Shown here one piece after another: positions 1-9,785 of a stretch of DNA of 64,000 nt. Numbering within the stretch: the stretch's first letter is position 1; each line of letters begins with the position of its first letter. Made by a program: the position numbers and the translations under genes. The DNA comes from a virus (taxonomy: Duplodnaviria; Caudoviricetes): positions 507 to 64,506 of the IMG/VR virus record IMGVR_UViG_3300044825_000714. One strand, written 5' to 3'. The notes beneath the pieces are model-generated. The model was given only the letters and a program-made list of their open reading frames with translations, was not told the origin of the DNA and searched no databases.

Positions 1-364
1 GTGTTTGATAGCTGCATTCAAGAATGCGGGTTTTGACATGGCCAACTATTCTTCTGGTGGAGAAAGAGGCCGAGGCTGGGCGCTCAGCGAAGAAGCCAAA
101 CAAGCCATGTCGCGTGCAAAACAAGGACGCCGTCATTCCGAAGAACACAAAGCCGCGATAGGCGCGGCGCTCCGTGGCAAAAGTAGGAAGCCGCTTTCCG
201 AAGAGCGACGGGCGCAAATCGGGGTGTACGCAAAAGGCAAGGCTTGGTTTAATAACGGTGCAGCAACTGTTTTTTGTAAGCCAGAACTTGCACCAGAAGG
301 CTACGTGCCGGGGCGAATTGCGCCGTGGCTAAAACGCGAAAGGAAACAACGTGTCACAAATTAA
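1..364 (+). CDS. NUMOD3-repeat homing endonuclease, C-terminal part (5' end probably outside window)
   Basis: Repeated SEExK/R motifs (LSEEAKQAMS, HSEEHKAAIG, LSEERRAQIG) and a KAWFNNG...PEGYVPGR tail typical of HNH/GIY-YIG DNA-binding modules; catalytic domain not seen. Confidence 0.75.
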   Translation, partial: CLIAAFKNAGFDMANYSSGGERGRGWALSEEAKQAMSRAKQGRRHSEEHKAAIGAALRGKSRKPLSEERRAQIGVYAKGKAWFNNGAATVFCKPELAPEGYVPGRIAPWLKRERKQRVTN

Positions 365-1208
365 AGTTCAAGGCAACGCCTCGGGCACGGGCATCTTCAC
401 GATTACCTCGCCCAACAGCAACAACAACCAGACCCTGACGCTGCCGGACAGCACGGGGACGGTGCTGACAAAATCTGGCACCTACGTCGCGACTTCTGAT
501 TTAGGCTCAGGAACCGCAAACAGCAGCACTTATCTTCGTGGTGACCAGACGTGGGCGACGGTTACTTCGCTCCCCGGCGCACAAGCGCAGGTCTTTACTG
601 GCAACGGCACGTTCACCATCCCGACGGGCATAACCGCGATTAAGGTCACTGTTCAAGGCGGTGGTGGAGGCGGTGGCGGGTCTACCTATGCTAATTGCTC
701 TGTTGGATACGGAGGAAGTGGTGGTGGCGGCGGGTGTGCTATTACATGGCTTACCGGACTAACACCCGGCAATACGTTGAGTGTCACTGTTGGTGGTGCG
801 GGGTCAGCAGGTTCATCTAGTGCTGGTGCTGGCGGTACTGGTGGTACTTCTTCTGTTGCCTCTGGGACGCAGACAATTACAACGATTAGTGGCACCGGAG
901 GCAGCGGGGGCGCCGGGGGCGCTGGTGGTGCGTCGCAAGGGAATGGCGGTGCTGGTGGCGGGACTTCGGGCGGCACCATTTCTTTTACTGGGCAAAGTGG
1001 AAGAAGCGGTTTGTCTCTGCAAAATGCAGGAAGCTCCACGGGTGGTCACTCGCTTTTTGGCCTTGGGGGGCAACAAACAACAGCGAGTCGCACTGTGTCG
1101 TCTGTTGGAACTGGTTATGGTGCTGGCGGTACTGGTGCAGGTTCTAGTAATCAATCGAATTACGCTGGCGCGGCGGGCACTGCGGGCCTTGTTATTTTTG
1201 AATGGTGA
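351..1208 (+). CDS. Glycine-rich tail fibre / receptor-binding protein
   Basis: GTG start after AAGGA; TLTLPDSTGT and TYLRGDQTW fibre motifs; Gly-rich C-terminal domain ending GLVIFEW. Confidence 0.75.
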   Translation: MSQIKVQGNASGTGIFTITSPNSNNNQTLTLPDSTGTVLTKSGTYVATSDLGSGTANSSTYLRGDQTWATVTSLPGAQAQVFTGNGTFTIPTGITAIKVTVQGGGGGGGGSTYANCSVGYGGSGGGGGCAITWLTGLTPGNTLSVTVGGAGSAGSSSAGAGGTGGTSSVASGTQTITTISGTGGSGGAGGAGGASQGNGGAGGGTSGGTISFTGQSGRSGLSLQNAGSSTGGHSLFGLGGQQTTASRTVSSVGTGYGAGGTGAGSSNQSNYAGAAGTAGLVIFEW

Positions 1209-1213
1209 TCAGC

Positions 1214-1510
1214 ATGAACAAAAACTACTGCATGGTTAACGTCGAGACCAGCATTTGCGACAACATCTGTTTGTGGGACGGCAACCCTGACACTTGGACA
1301 CCGCCATCTGGCTACTTAATGCTTCCTCAAGCTACGACCCCCGCAAAGAATTGGGTGTGGATTGACAACGCGTGGGTGATAGCAAATGAGGGTGAGGGAC
1401 AGATCGGCTTTACGTGGGACGGCACCTACCTGACCACCAACGAACCCGAACCCGAGAATGCCGCCATTACCCCAGACGGCGGGGTCACAACCGGAGCCAA
1501 GACGCTGTGA
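1214..1510 (+). CDS. Small tail-fibre-associated protein
   Basis: Follows fibre gene; GQIGFTWDG motif common in fibre accessory proteins; alternative start at 1202. Confidence 0.6.
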   Translation: MNKNYCMVNVETSICDNICLWDGNPDTWTPPSGYLMLPQATTPAKNWVWIDNAWVIANEGEGQIGFTWDGTYLTTNEPEPENAAITPDGGVTTGAKTL

Positions 1511-1788
1511 CGGCAATGATCGCCCCCCGGTTCATCGTCACGCAAGACGGCACCTCGCTGAACGTGTTCCATGCCAACAAAGGGCAGGGCCTGCCGCGTC
1601 ACGAGCACGCCTACGCACACCTGACCATGTGCCACGCGGGAAGCTGCATCGTACGCAAGGAAGGCCGGGAGTTGGTGATGACCAAGGACACGCAGCCGGT
1701 GAATCTCGTGGGCAACGAGTGGCATGAAATCGAAGCACTTGAGGACGGCACGGTGTTCGTGAACGTCTTTGCAGAAGGGAAATACTAA
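1507..1788 (+). CDS. Cupin-fold protein
   Basis: LPRHEHAYAH...G and WHEIEALEDGTV cupin motifs; GTGA overlap with upstream stop. Confidence 0.8.
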   Translation: MTAMIAPRFIVTQDGTSLNVFHANKGQGLPRHEHAYAHLTMCHAGSCIVRKEGRELVMTKDTQPVNLVGNEWHEIEALEDGTVFVNVFAEGKY

Positions 1789-2910
1789 ATGTCCGTCGTA
1801 AAAGCAAACACCTACCAAGACGCCAGCGGCGGCAGCAACGCTGTCTTCAGTGGTGTCGCCTCGCCGCCCAACTCGATGGGGTTCAGGAATCGCATCATCA
1901 ATGGGGATATGCGGATCGACCAGAGGAATGCTGGGGCGAGTGTGACGCCTGCGGACGGGGCTTACACTTTAGACCGATGGTCTGTGTATCAGTTTGTTGC
2001 GTCGAAATTTTCTGTGCAGCAAAACGCAGGCGCTGTCACGCCACCAACGGGGTTTTCTAACTACCTTGGGGTGACTTCATTGTCCGCGTACACCGTGCTG
2101 TCTGGTGGGGCCAATACTGTCCAGCAAGCAATTGAGGGTTTTAATACTGCGGATTTAGCGTGGGGAACCGCAAATGCTCAAGCAGTCACTTTGTCATTTT
2201 GGGTTCGTTCAAGCCTGACAGGAACTTTTGGTGGTGCTATACAAAACTCTGCCGCCAATAGAAGCTACCCATTTTCTTTCACCATCAGTGCTGCAAGTAC
2301 TTGGGAATACAAGACCATCACCATTTCGGGCGACACAACCGGCACTTGGGTAGGTGCAACCAACGGCGTTGGGCTGAGAGTGTTTTTTGGTCTTGGCGTT
2401 GGCTCTACTTATAGCGGAACTGCGGGGGCATGGGCTGGCGCACAATATTTTTCAGCCACCGGCGCAACCAGCGTAGTCGGCACCAACGGAGCCACCTTCT
2501 ACATCACCGGCGTCCAGCTTGAAGCTGGCACTGTGGCCTCGCCGTTTGAGCGCAGGGACTACGGGCGTGAGTTGGCGATGTGTCAGCGGTATTACTGGAA
2601 AATGACTAGTGTTGTCGTAGATACGATTGTTACGGCTTCTGGGGTACTTGGAAGCGCGACCAACGCGCAGGTTTATTTTAAGTATCCCCAGACAATGCGG
2701 TCGTCTCCAACGTTTTCGCAGAACTTGATGAATATCAGCAACGGTGTAAATGGCCAGCCAATTTTAAGTTTCGGAGGGGCTTTTGGTTTGGATTCCGCAT
2801 TCTTGAGCTGCACCACTTCATCGATTGGCAGTGGCGCTGCGACGCAAGCCGCAATCATGTACATGAACAACAACGCCAGCGCATTTGTTGCTGCCAGCGC
2901 GGAGCTTTGA
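1789..2910 (+). CDS. Tail fibre / carbohydrate-binding virion protein
   Basis: RNRIINGDMRIDQR, TLSFWVRS and ITGVQLEAG...ELAMCQRYY motifs of phage fibre beta-sandwich proteins. Confidence 0.75.
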   Translation: MSVVKANTYQDASGGSNAVFSGVASPPNSMGFRNRIINGDMRIDQRNAGASVTPADGAYTLDRWSVYQFVASKFSVQQNAGAVTPPTGFSNYLGVTSLSAYTVLSGGANTVQQAIEGFNTADLAWGTANAQAVTLSFWVRSSLTGTFGGAIQNSAANRSYPFSFTISAASTWEYKTITISGDTTGTWVGATNGVGLRVFFGLGVGSTYSGTAGAWAGAQYFSATGATSVVGTNGATFYITGVQLEAGTVASPFERRDYGRELAMCQRYYWKMTSVVVDTIVTASGVLGSATNAQVYFKYPQTMRSSPTFSQNLMNISNGVNGQPILSFGGAFGLDSAFLSCTTSSIGSGAATQAAIMYMNNNASAFVAASAEL

Positions 2911-3170
2911 CTATGTATAAATTACCTGATGTCTTACTTCTTGGGGCTGTTCCGCCATGCGTCACTCGCCTTGCGGATGGCGCAGTCATCCCCTTCGACC
3001 CCGCCAACACCGATGCCAAGGAGTTCGCTAAGTGGCTTCAGGCTGGAAACAAGCCTGACCCCGCTGAAGAGGGTGGCGTGGTGACGGACGAGTGGGTTGC
3101 AGAGACCATCGCGAAGTTGATCCCTGCCGAAGGAAACCAGCCGCTGCCTGCGGATGAGCCGACGGAGTAA
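2907..3170 (+). CDS. Small fibre-associated protein (chaperone-like)
   Basis: IPFDPANTD...WL..GN motif directly after fibre gene. Confidence 0.6.
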   Translation: MTMYKLPDVLLLGAVPPCVTRLADGAVIPFDPANTDAKEFAKWLQAGNKPDPAEEGGVVTDEWVAETIAKLIPAEGNQPLPADEPTE

Positions 3171-3176
3171 ACCGGT

Positions 3177-3593
3177 ATGGAAGATACCCAGCACCAGATC
3201 GCCCTGCTGAAAGCGCAGGCGCGGGCGGAGTTGAACCGCCTCGAAGCCCAGAGCACCGCCAAGGATGTTGCGGGCAAAGCCATCGGCAAGCACGGGCTTG
3301 CGTACATCACGGCCATCGTCGTTGTGGGCGTAGGTGCCAGTCTGGCGCTGGAGGAGTCCAAGATCGCTGCGGTGATCGGTCTGGTGTCTGCCGCCCTGAC
3401 GGCGCTGATCTCCATGCTCAACGGAATTGCAGGTGCGTCTCCCAAACAGGACAAGCCCGAGTTCGAGATCATGAAGCAACTGATTGACAAGCTGGACCGG
3501 CTGGACCGCCAAGAGCAGCCCATGCGTGTGGATGTTGAAGGCACCAAGGTCACCGTCACCAAGGGCGACGACAAGGTCACGGCAGGGGGATGA
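3177..3593 (+). CDS. Two-TM membrane protein, lysis cassette
   Basis: Two hydrophobic segments (LAYITAIVVVGVGASLAL, IAAVIGLVSAALTALISML) upstream of holin and endolysin. Confidence 0.65.
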   Translation: MEDTQHQIALLKAQARAELNRLEAQSTAKDVAGKAIGKHGLAYITAIVVVGVGASLALEESKIAAVIGLVSAALTALISMLNGIAGASPKQDKPEFEIMKQLIDKLDRLDRQEQPMRVDVEGTKVTVTKGDDKVTAGG

Positions 3594-3594
3594 C

Positions 3595-4083
3595 ATGGAT
3601 TGGCTCAAACAAATTGCCCCCACTGTGGCGTCTGCGCTGGGCGGCCCTCTTGCGGGCATGGCAGTCGCTGCCATTTCTAAAGCCATCGGCGTCGAAGAGG
3701 ACAAGGTCAACGACCTGATCTCCAGCAACAAAATGTCCGCCGAGCAGATCGCGCAGTTGAAGATTGCCGAGATCGAACTCCAAAAGCAGGCCAACGAACT
3801 CGGTCTGAACTTCGAGAAGTTGGCGGTGGATGACAGGAAGAGCGCCCGTGAGATGCAGATGACGACGCGCTCGCTAGTGCCTCCAATTCTGGCTGGGACC
3901 ATTACGCTGGGCTTCTTCGGCATCCTGATCCTGCTGCTGCTGGGCAAGGTCGAGGGCGACAACAACACCATCCTGATCATGCTGGGCTCGCTTTCTACCG
4001 CATGGACTGGGATCATTGCTTACTATTTTGGTTCTAGCGCAGGTTCGCAAGCCAAGACGGAACTCATGGCCGGTAAAAAATGA
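3595..4083 (+). CDS. Holin-like protein (3TM type)
   Basis: MDWLKQIAPTVASALGGPLAG N-terminus, DRKSAREMQ, two C-terminal TM segments, YYFGSS; ATGA overlap with endolysin. Confidence 0.7.
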   Translation: MDWLKQIAPTVASALGGPLAGMAVAAISKAIGVEEDKVNDLISSNKMSAEQIAQLKIAEIELQKQANELGLNFEKLAVDDRKSAREMQMTTRSLVPPILAGTITLGFFGILILLLLGKVEGDNNTILIMLGSLSTAWTGIIAYYFGSSAGSQAKTELMAGKK

Positions 4084-4688
4084 CCATCCTCGCCCTGACT
4101 GAGACCCTGACCAAACTCAAGATCGACCCGTCGTGGGCCGAGCCGCTGGCGGAAGTCTTCCATCGCTACGAGATCAACACCCCGGCGCGGCAGGCTGCGT
4201 TCATTGGGCAGTGTGCGCATGAGTCCATGAACTTCAAGGTGCTGGAGGAGAACCTCAACTACTCCGCCGAGGCGCTGATGCGTACGTGGCCGAGCCGTTT
4301 CCCGACGCTGGAGTTCGCCCAGCAGTACGCCCGCAACCCTGAAAAAATCGCCAACCGGGTCTATGGTGGGCGCATGGGCAACGGCACGGAAGAGACTGGG
4401 GACGGCTGGCTGTATCACGGCAGGGGGCTGATTCAGCTTACCGGCAAGGACAACTACATGCTGGCCTCGGACGCCCTGAACCAAGACTTCATTCACTCCC
4501 CGGATTACTTGCTGGTGCCGCGCTGGGCCGCGCTGTCTGCTGGGTGGTATTGGAACAAGCGCAACCTCAATAAAGAGGCCGACGCCAAGGACTTCGTCGG
4601 GATGACCAAAAAGATCAACGGCGGTACGATTGGGCTTGACGACCGGATTGCGCACATCAAGCATGCGCAAGAGGTGCTGACCGCTTAA
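4080..4688 (+). CDS. Endolysin, glycoside hydrolase family 19
   Basis: AAFIGQCAHES, YHGRGLIQLTGKDNY and TKKINGG GH19 motifs. Confidence 0.92.
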   Translation: MTILALTETLTKLKIDPSWAEPLAEVFHRYEINTPARQAAFIGQCAHESMNFKVLEENLNYSAEALMRTWPSRFPTLEFAQQYARNPEKIANRVYGGRMGNGTEETGDGWLYHGRGLIQLTGKDNYMLASDALNQDFIHSPDYLLVPRWAALSAGWYWNKRNLNKEADAKDFVGMTKKINGGTIGLDDRIAHIKHAQEVLTA

Positions 4689-4697
4689 AGGCCATCC

Positions 4698-7043
4698 ATG
4701 CCGCTTCAGAAAATCCTTTTCAAACCCGGAGTCAACCGCGAGAACACGCGGTATACGACCGAAGGCGGGTGGTACGACTGCGACAAGGTTCGCTTTCGCC
4801 AAGGCACGCCAGAAAAGGTGGGCGGTTGGGAACGCATCTCTGCCTACACCTACGAAGGCGTGTGTCGTTCGCTGTGGACTTGGGGCACGATCACCAACCC
4901 CACGGTACTCACGGGCGTGGGCACCAACAAGAAGTTTTACATTGCAGAGGGCGGCGCGTACAACGACATCACGCCGATCCGCGACTATGAAGGGCCGCTA
5001 AGCAATCCGTTTGCTGCTACCACCGGGTCCACGACGATCACAGTCACTGACAACGCGCATGGATGCCAGACGGGCGACTACGTGACGTTCCTCGGGGCGC
5101 AAGCGCTGAGTACGCAGACTTTCACGCGGTCCTCGGCTACGGACTTTGTCCTGTCCACGGCGCTGGCGAACAACACCCCGGTACTGCTGTCTGTTTCTGC
5201 TGGCGGGTCTTTGCCGACCGGCTTGCTCACGGGGGTGCAGTATTTTGTGAAGGTGGTCTCGGGCACCACGATTAACTTTACCAACGTGGTGGACGGCGCG
5301 GCGATTAACACCACCACGGCGGGTTCGGGAACGTTCTCTCTGGAAGTGAACCAAGGCATCACCTCGGCGGTACTCAACCAGAACTTCGAAGTCACCGTCG
5401 TCAACACCAACAGCTACACGATTCAAAGCCCGGTGGCTGCGACGGCCTACGATGTGGGCGGGGGCGGCACGTCTGTCTACGCGGCTTACGAAGTTCCCAC
5501 GGGCAGCGAGATTGTCACACCGCTCAGTGGTTGGGGCGCTGGCACTTGGAGTTCCGGTCCGTGGGGCATCGGCACTACGACGCTGATCGGTGCGCGGCTT
5601 TGGTATCAGAACAACTTTGGTGAAGACCTCATCTTCGGGTATCGGGGCGGCGCTCTGTACTACTGGAATGCCAAGATTGGCGTGACGCCCGAAGTCTTCA
5701 CAGTGACGATTGCCTCTCCAGCGGTGGTGACGTTTGCCAGTTCAGAGTTGGTGGACGGCACAGCAGTGGTGCTGGAAACGACGGGCGCGCTGCCCACGGG
5801 CCTCACGGTGGGTACGGTCTACTACGTGCGCAACGCCTCGGGCAGCACCTGTAATCTATCGGCTACACCCAGCGGCGCGCTGATCAACACGTCGGGCTCT
5901 CAGTCTGGCACGCACTACGTGTCGCCTCGCGGCATCCCGGTCACGAGTTTGGCAGGCGCGTCGGACGTGCCGACGGTGGTCAACAACATGATCGTCTCGG
6001 ATGTGAGTCGGTTCGTGATTGCGTTTGGCTGCAACCCGCTGGGCGAGACAGTCGTGGACCCGATGCTCATTCGTTGGTCGGATCAGGAATCGGTGGTGGA
6101 CTGGACGCCTTCGTCCACAAACCAAGCGGGCGGCGTGCGGCTGTCGCACGGCTCGGAGATTCGTACAGGCGTTCAGTCCCGGCAAGAAGTGCTGGTCTAC
6201 ACCGACGCGGCGCTGTACTCGCTGCAATACCTTGGGCCTCCGTTTGTTTGGGGTGCGCAGCTTCTGGGCGATAACATCTCGATTGCCGGAGTGAACACCG
6301 CCATCGTTGCGTCGGGCGTTGCGTACTGGATGGGCGTGGACAAGTTCTACCGCTACGATGGGCGCGTTCAGACCCTGCGTTGTGATCTTCGCCAGTACAT
6401 CTACAACGATATCAACCTCGACCAGCAGGACTTGTTCTTCGCGGGGACCAACGAGGGCTTCAACGAGGTCTGGTGGTTTTACTGCTCATCTGGCTCCACC
6501 GTGGTGGATCGCTACGTCGTCTACAACTACGCCGAGGACATCTGGTACTACGGCACGATGGGGCGCACTGCATGGGTGGACTCGGGGCTGAACCAGTATC
6601 CGGTGGGTGCGACGTACGCCAACAATCTTGTGTATCACGAGCTTGGCGTGGACGACAACGTCTCTGGGACCCCCGTGGCGATTGACTCGTACATCACCTC
6701 GTCGCAGTTCGACATTGGTGACGGCCACGCGTTTGGCTTTATCTGGCGTTTGATTCCAGACATCACATTCCGTGGCTCGACTGCGGCCAGCCCCCAAGTC
6801 ACCATGACGCTGCTGCCCCTGCAAAACTCAGGCTCAGGCTACAACTCGCCGCCTTCTGTCGGCGGGGTGGACAACGCCTCTGTGGTGCGCAGCGCCACGG
6901 TCCCGATAGAACAGTTCACGGGGCAGGTCTACATCCGGGTGCGTGGGCGGCAGATGTCGTTCAAGGTGGCGGGCAACCAGCTTGGCCTTCAGTGGCAGCT
7001 TGGCGCGCCGCGTATCGACATCAAGCCTGATGGGAGGAGATGA
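4698..7043 (+). CDS. Tail nozzle / DNA stabilisation protein (P22 gp10 / tubular B-like)
   Basis: 781 aa beta-rich; IRWSDQE and WTP..TNQAG motifs; inserted repeated GxLPTGL..G..Y[YF]V domains; lies before ejection genes. Confidence 0.7.
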   Translation: MPLQKILFKPGVNRENTRYTTEGGWYDCDKVRFRQGTPEKVGGWERISAYTYEGVCRSLWTWGTITNPTVLTGVGTNKKFYIAEGGAYNDITPIRDYEGPLSNPFAATTGSTTITVTDNAHGCQTGDYVTFLGAQALSTQTFTRSSATDFVLSTALANNTPVLLSVSAGGSLPTGLLTGVQYFVKVVSGTTINFTNVVDGAAINTTTAGSGTFSLEVNQGITSAVLNQNFEVTVVNTNSYTIQSPVAATAYDVGGGGTSVYAAYEVPTGSEIVTPLSGWGAGTWSSGPWGIGTTTLIGARLWYQNNFGEDLIFGYRGGALYYWNAKIGVTPEVFTVTIASPAVVTFASSELVDGTAVVLETTGALPTGLTVGTVYYVRNASGSTCNLSATPSGALINTSGSQSGTHYVSPRGIPVTSLAGASDVPTVVNNMIVSDVSRFVIAFGCNPLGETVVDPMLIRWSDQESVVDWTPSSTNQAGGVRLSHGSEIRTGVQSRQEVLVYTDAALYSLQYLGPPFVWGAQLLGDNISIAGVNTAIVASGVAYWMGVDKFYRYDGRVQTLRCDLRQYIYNDINLDQQDLFFAGTNEGFNEVWWFYCSSGSTVVDRYVVYNYAEDIWYYGTMGRTAWVDSGLNQYPVGATYANNLVYHELGVDDNVSGTPVAIDSYITSSQFDIGDGHAFGFIWRLIPDITFRGSTAASPQVTMTLLPLQNSGSGYNSPPSVGGVDNASVVRSATVPIEQFTGQVYIRVRGRQMSFKVAGNQLGLQWQLGAPRIDIKPDGRR

Positions 7044-7046
7044 CCC

Positions 7047-8438
7047 ATGACTCTGATCGTCACCTCGCAATACGAACTCAACCGCGTTACAGCGCCGCGC
7101 CTGCCTAACGCACCAGCGGAGTATCGCCAGCAGTATCACGATCAGTTCGCCGACGTTCTGCGTCTGTACTTCAACCGGCTGGACAACATTCTGGGGCAAC
7201 TGGTAGCTTCTATGGAAACAATCCCCGTATCAATCGGCGGCACCAACACGGACGCCTTCGGGCGATTGCGGGTCAGCCAGCCTTACACTCTCTTTGACAG
7301 CCAAAACCGCTACGCGGCAGACAATCAGTTTGATGTCTCCACCACCGGGACGGGCACCACGACGTTCCTCTCCAACGAGGCGGCGGTCAAGATGGAGGTC
7401 ACCGGGGCAGGTGTGGGGTCAGTGCTGCGCCAGTCCTACCGCTCGTTCCCGTATCAGCCGGGTAAGGGCCTACTGGTCTTGGCGACGTTTGTCATGGACA
7501 GCAGTCAGAGCTTGAACCTCACCCAGCGGGTGGGCTACTACAACGACGACAACGGCGTGTTCTTTCAGCGCGTGGACGGTACGTACTCTTTTGTTCTACG
7601 TTCTAGCTCCACCCCCACTCCGGGCACCCCCAGCGATGTTCGCACGGTCACGCAGGCTAACTGGAACGGCGACAAGCTGGATGGCACCGGGGCTTCTGGG
7701 CTGACGCTGGACCCCTCCAAGGCGCAGATTCTGTGGATGGACTTTGAGTGGCTGGGTGTTGGATCGGTGCGTTGCGGCTTCATCATTAATGGTGAGTACA
7801 TCGTCTGCCACACCTTTGAGAACGCCAACGATATCACCAGCGTATACATGACGACGGCTATCCTGCCGGTTCGTTACGAAATTAAGACTACAACGTCAGC
7901 GGTGGCAGCGTCCATGAAGGCGATCTGCTGCTCTGTGGTGTCTGAGGGTGGCTTTGAGCAAACCTCCATCGACCATGTGGCGCGGCGCACCACATCGTTT
8001 ACCAACATCGACACCGCCGCGTTCTATCCCATTGTGTCTATCCGTCTGGCGTCGGGCCGCACGGGCGCGGTGGTGTTGCCCAACCGAGTTCAATTCCTGC
8101 CTCTAACCAGCCAGAACTATGAAGTGGCGCTGATCAAAAATGCTACCCTGACTGGAGCGACTTGGGCGGCGACGGTGCCTTCGGATTCCAACGTGGATTT
8201 TGATGTTGCGGCCACCGCCATGACAGGCGGGACTATTGCCCAGACAGATTATGTAACCTCTACCGGTAGCGGCGGCACGGTAAATACCTCCATAGCTACC
8301 GGCTACAACTGGGACCTTCAGCTTGGGGTGTCGATTGCCGGGGTCAGCGACATTTACACGCTGGGCGTGCGCACGGTCTCCGGGGCAACCAAAGGAGACG
8401 GCGTTGGGTCCCTCTCCTTCTACGACCTGACGCAGTAA
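7047..8438 (+). CDS. Virion structural protein (short helical anchor plus beta-sandwich)
   Basis: N-terminal LRLYFNRLD anchor followed by DAFGRLRVS and DFEWLGVG motifs. Confidence 0.6.
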   Translation: MTLIVTSQYELNRVTAPRLPNAPAEYRQQYHDQFADVLRLYFNRLDNILGQLVASMETIPVSIGGTNTDAFGRLRVSQPYTLFDSQNRYAADNQFDVSTTGTGTTTFLSNEAAVKMEVTGAGVGSVLRQSYRSFPYQPGKGLLVLATFVMDSSQSLNLTQRVGYYNDDNGVFFQRVDGTYSFVLRSSSTPTPGTPSDVRTVTQANWNGDKLDGTGASGLTLDPSKAQILWMDFEWLGVGSVRCGFIINGEYIVCHTFENANDITSVYMTTAILPVRYEIKTTTSAVAASMKAICCSVVSEGGFEQTSIDHVARRTTSFTNIDTAAFYPIVSIRLASGRTGAVVLPNRVQFLPLTSQNYEVALIKNATLTGATWAATVPSDSNVDFDVAATAMTGGTIAQTDYVTSTGSGGTVNTSIATGYNWDLQLGVSIAGVSDIYTLGVRTVSGATKGDGVGSLSFYDLTQ

Positions 8439-8467
8439 TTGCCTCTGAAAACCCCCCATGTTAGACT
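8439..8467 (+). promoter_or_regulatory. Sigma70-type promoter for ejection-protein genes
   Basis: TTGCCT-17 bp-TAGACT with TG extension in the intergenic gap. Confidence 0.5.
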
Positions 8468-8495
8468 CAATTAACCCCTTTTCCGTGAGGCCCCA

Positions 8496-9785
8496 ATGAG
8501 CCTTCAACTTGCTGCACAACACCTTGCATCCAAGGGCCGTGGTCCGGACACCATGCTCGTCCACATGGCTCCGGGCGAAGTCAAAAGCCTACAAGCTCTG
8601 GCACGCGCCCATGGCGGCACGCTGACCACCAACCCAGATACCGGTCTGCCTGAAGCGGGCTTTTTGTCCGCGATCCTTCCGATTGTTGCTGGTGCTGCGC
8701 TAGGTCCCGCAGGCATGGGCTTGACCGCAATGCAGGCGGGGCTTGCAGCGGGGGCGCTAGGCACTGTTATGACCGGCAGTCTACAGAAAGGTCTGATGGC
8801 CGGTCTTGGCGCGTACGGCGGTGCGGGGATTGGCAACGTGATTGGTAACGCAGGCACTGCGGCGATTGAGGCTGGGGCTACTGGGGCTGCGCCAGCGCTT
8901 CCTCCGGTGACGGATGTAAGCACTATGGCGGCGCAAGCGCCAAGTGCTGGGCTAGTACCCACCGGAGCAGTTACACCGCCAGCTTATCCAGCGGGAACTC
9001 TAGGAAGCGGTATGTACGACCCAACCGGTGGGGGCGTTTTGAATACCGGCGCTACTACTCCTCTTCGGTATGCAGATGTGGCGGTGCCTACGGCCCCTAA
9101 TGTCACGCCTATGCCGACTGCATCTGTTACGCCGATGCGAGTTCCCAATGTTCCTAATCAGATGGACTTGATGAGCGACAAAGCTGCTGCGCTGCGCGAA
9201 GCGGGTCCGATGGGTCGGTTTACTAGGGGACTGAGCGAAATTTCTGAGAAACCGTCGCTACTCTTCAACAAAGAAAACATGCGGTACGGTCTCGCTGCCG
9301 CTGCGCCTCTTGCCGCCGCTGCGATGGAGCCTCCCAAAGCGCCTGTTTATCAAGGCAGCGGTCCCAACCCGTATGCGTATTCGTATGACCCCGGGACGCA
9401 GACCTATGCGCCTCTTCCCTCCTCATCTGCGGAGCGGCAGTACTTTGATCCGCAATTCCGTCGCATGGCCGAGGGCGGTATGGCGCGCGGTGGTATCTCG
9501 CATCTGGGTGACTATTCTGACGGCGGTCGTCTCCTGCGCGGCCCCGGTGATGGCGTGTCTGACTCCATCCCTGCAACGATTGCTGACAAGCGCCCCGCGC
9601 GTCTTGCTGATGGTGAGTTTGTGGTTCCCGCCCGCATCGTCTCTGAGTTGGGCAATGGCTCGACCGAAGCGGGTGCCCGTAAGCTGTACGCCATGATGGA
9701 CCGTGTTCAGAAGCGTCGCGCTAAAACTGTTGGTAAAGGAAAAGTGGCTGTGAACAGCCGTGCTGATAAATTGCTTCCGGCATGA
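8496..9785 (+). CDS. Internal virion / ejection protein 1
   Basis: GRGPDTMLVHM, TNPDTGLPEA, Gly/Ala hydrophobic stretch, GPGDGVSDSIPA...LADGEFVVPA. Confidence 0.65.
   Translation: MSLQLAAQHLASKGRGPDTMLVHMAPGEVKSLQALARAHGGTLTTNPDTGLPEAGFLSAILPIVAGAALGPAGMGLTAMQAGLAAGALGTVMTGSLQKGLMAGLGAYGGAGIGNVIGNAGTAAIEAGATGAAPALPPVTDVSTMAAQAPSAGLVPTGAVTPPAYPAGTLGSGMYDPTGGGVLNTGATTPLRYADVAVPTAPNVTPMPTASVTPMRVPNVPNQMDLMSDKAAALREAGPMGRFTRGLSEISEKPSLLFNKENMRYGLAAAAPLAAAAMEPPKAPVYQGSGPNPYAYSYDPGTQTYAPLPSSSAERQYFDPQFRRMAEGGMARGGISHLGDYSDGGRLLRGPGDGVSDSIPATIADKRPARLADGEFVVPARIVSELGNGSTEAGARKLYAMMDRVQKRRAKTVGKGKVAVNSRADKLLPA

Noticed and set aside
351-2910. Diversity-generating retroelement acting on fibres
   Set aside because: No reverse transcriptase and no template/variable repeat pair differing at adenines seen in the window
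9530-9640. Tape measure protein, suggested by GPGDGVSDSIPA...GEFVV
   Set aside because: The protein is only 429 aa, lacks long helical repeats, and no tail tube/chaperone frameshift cassette precedes it
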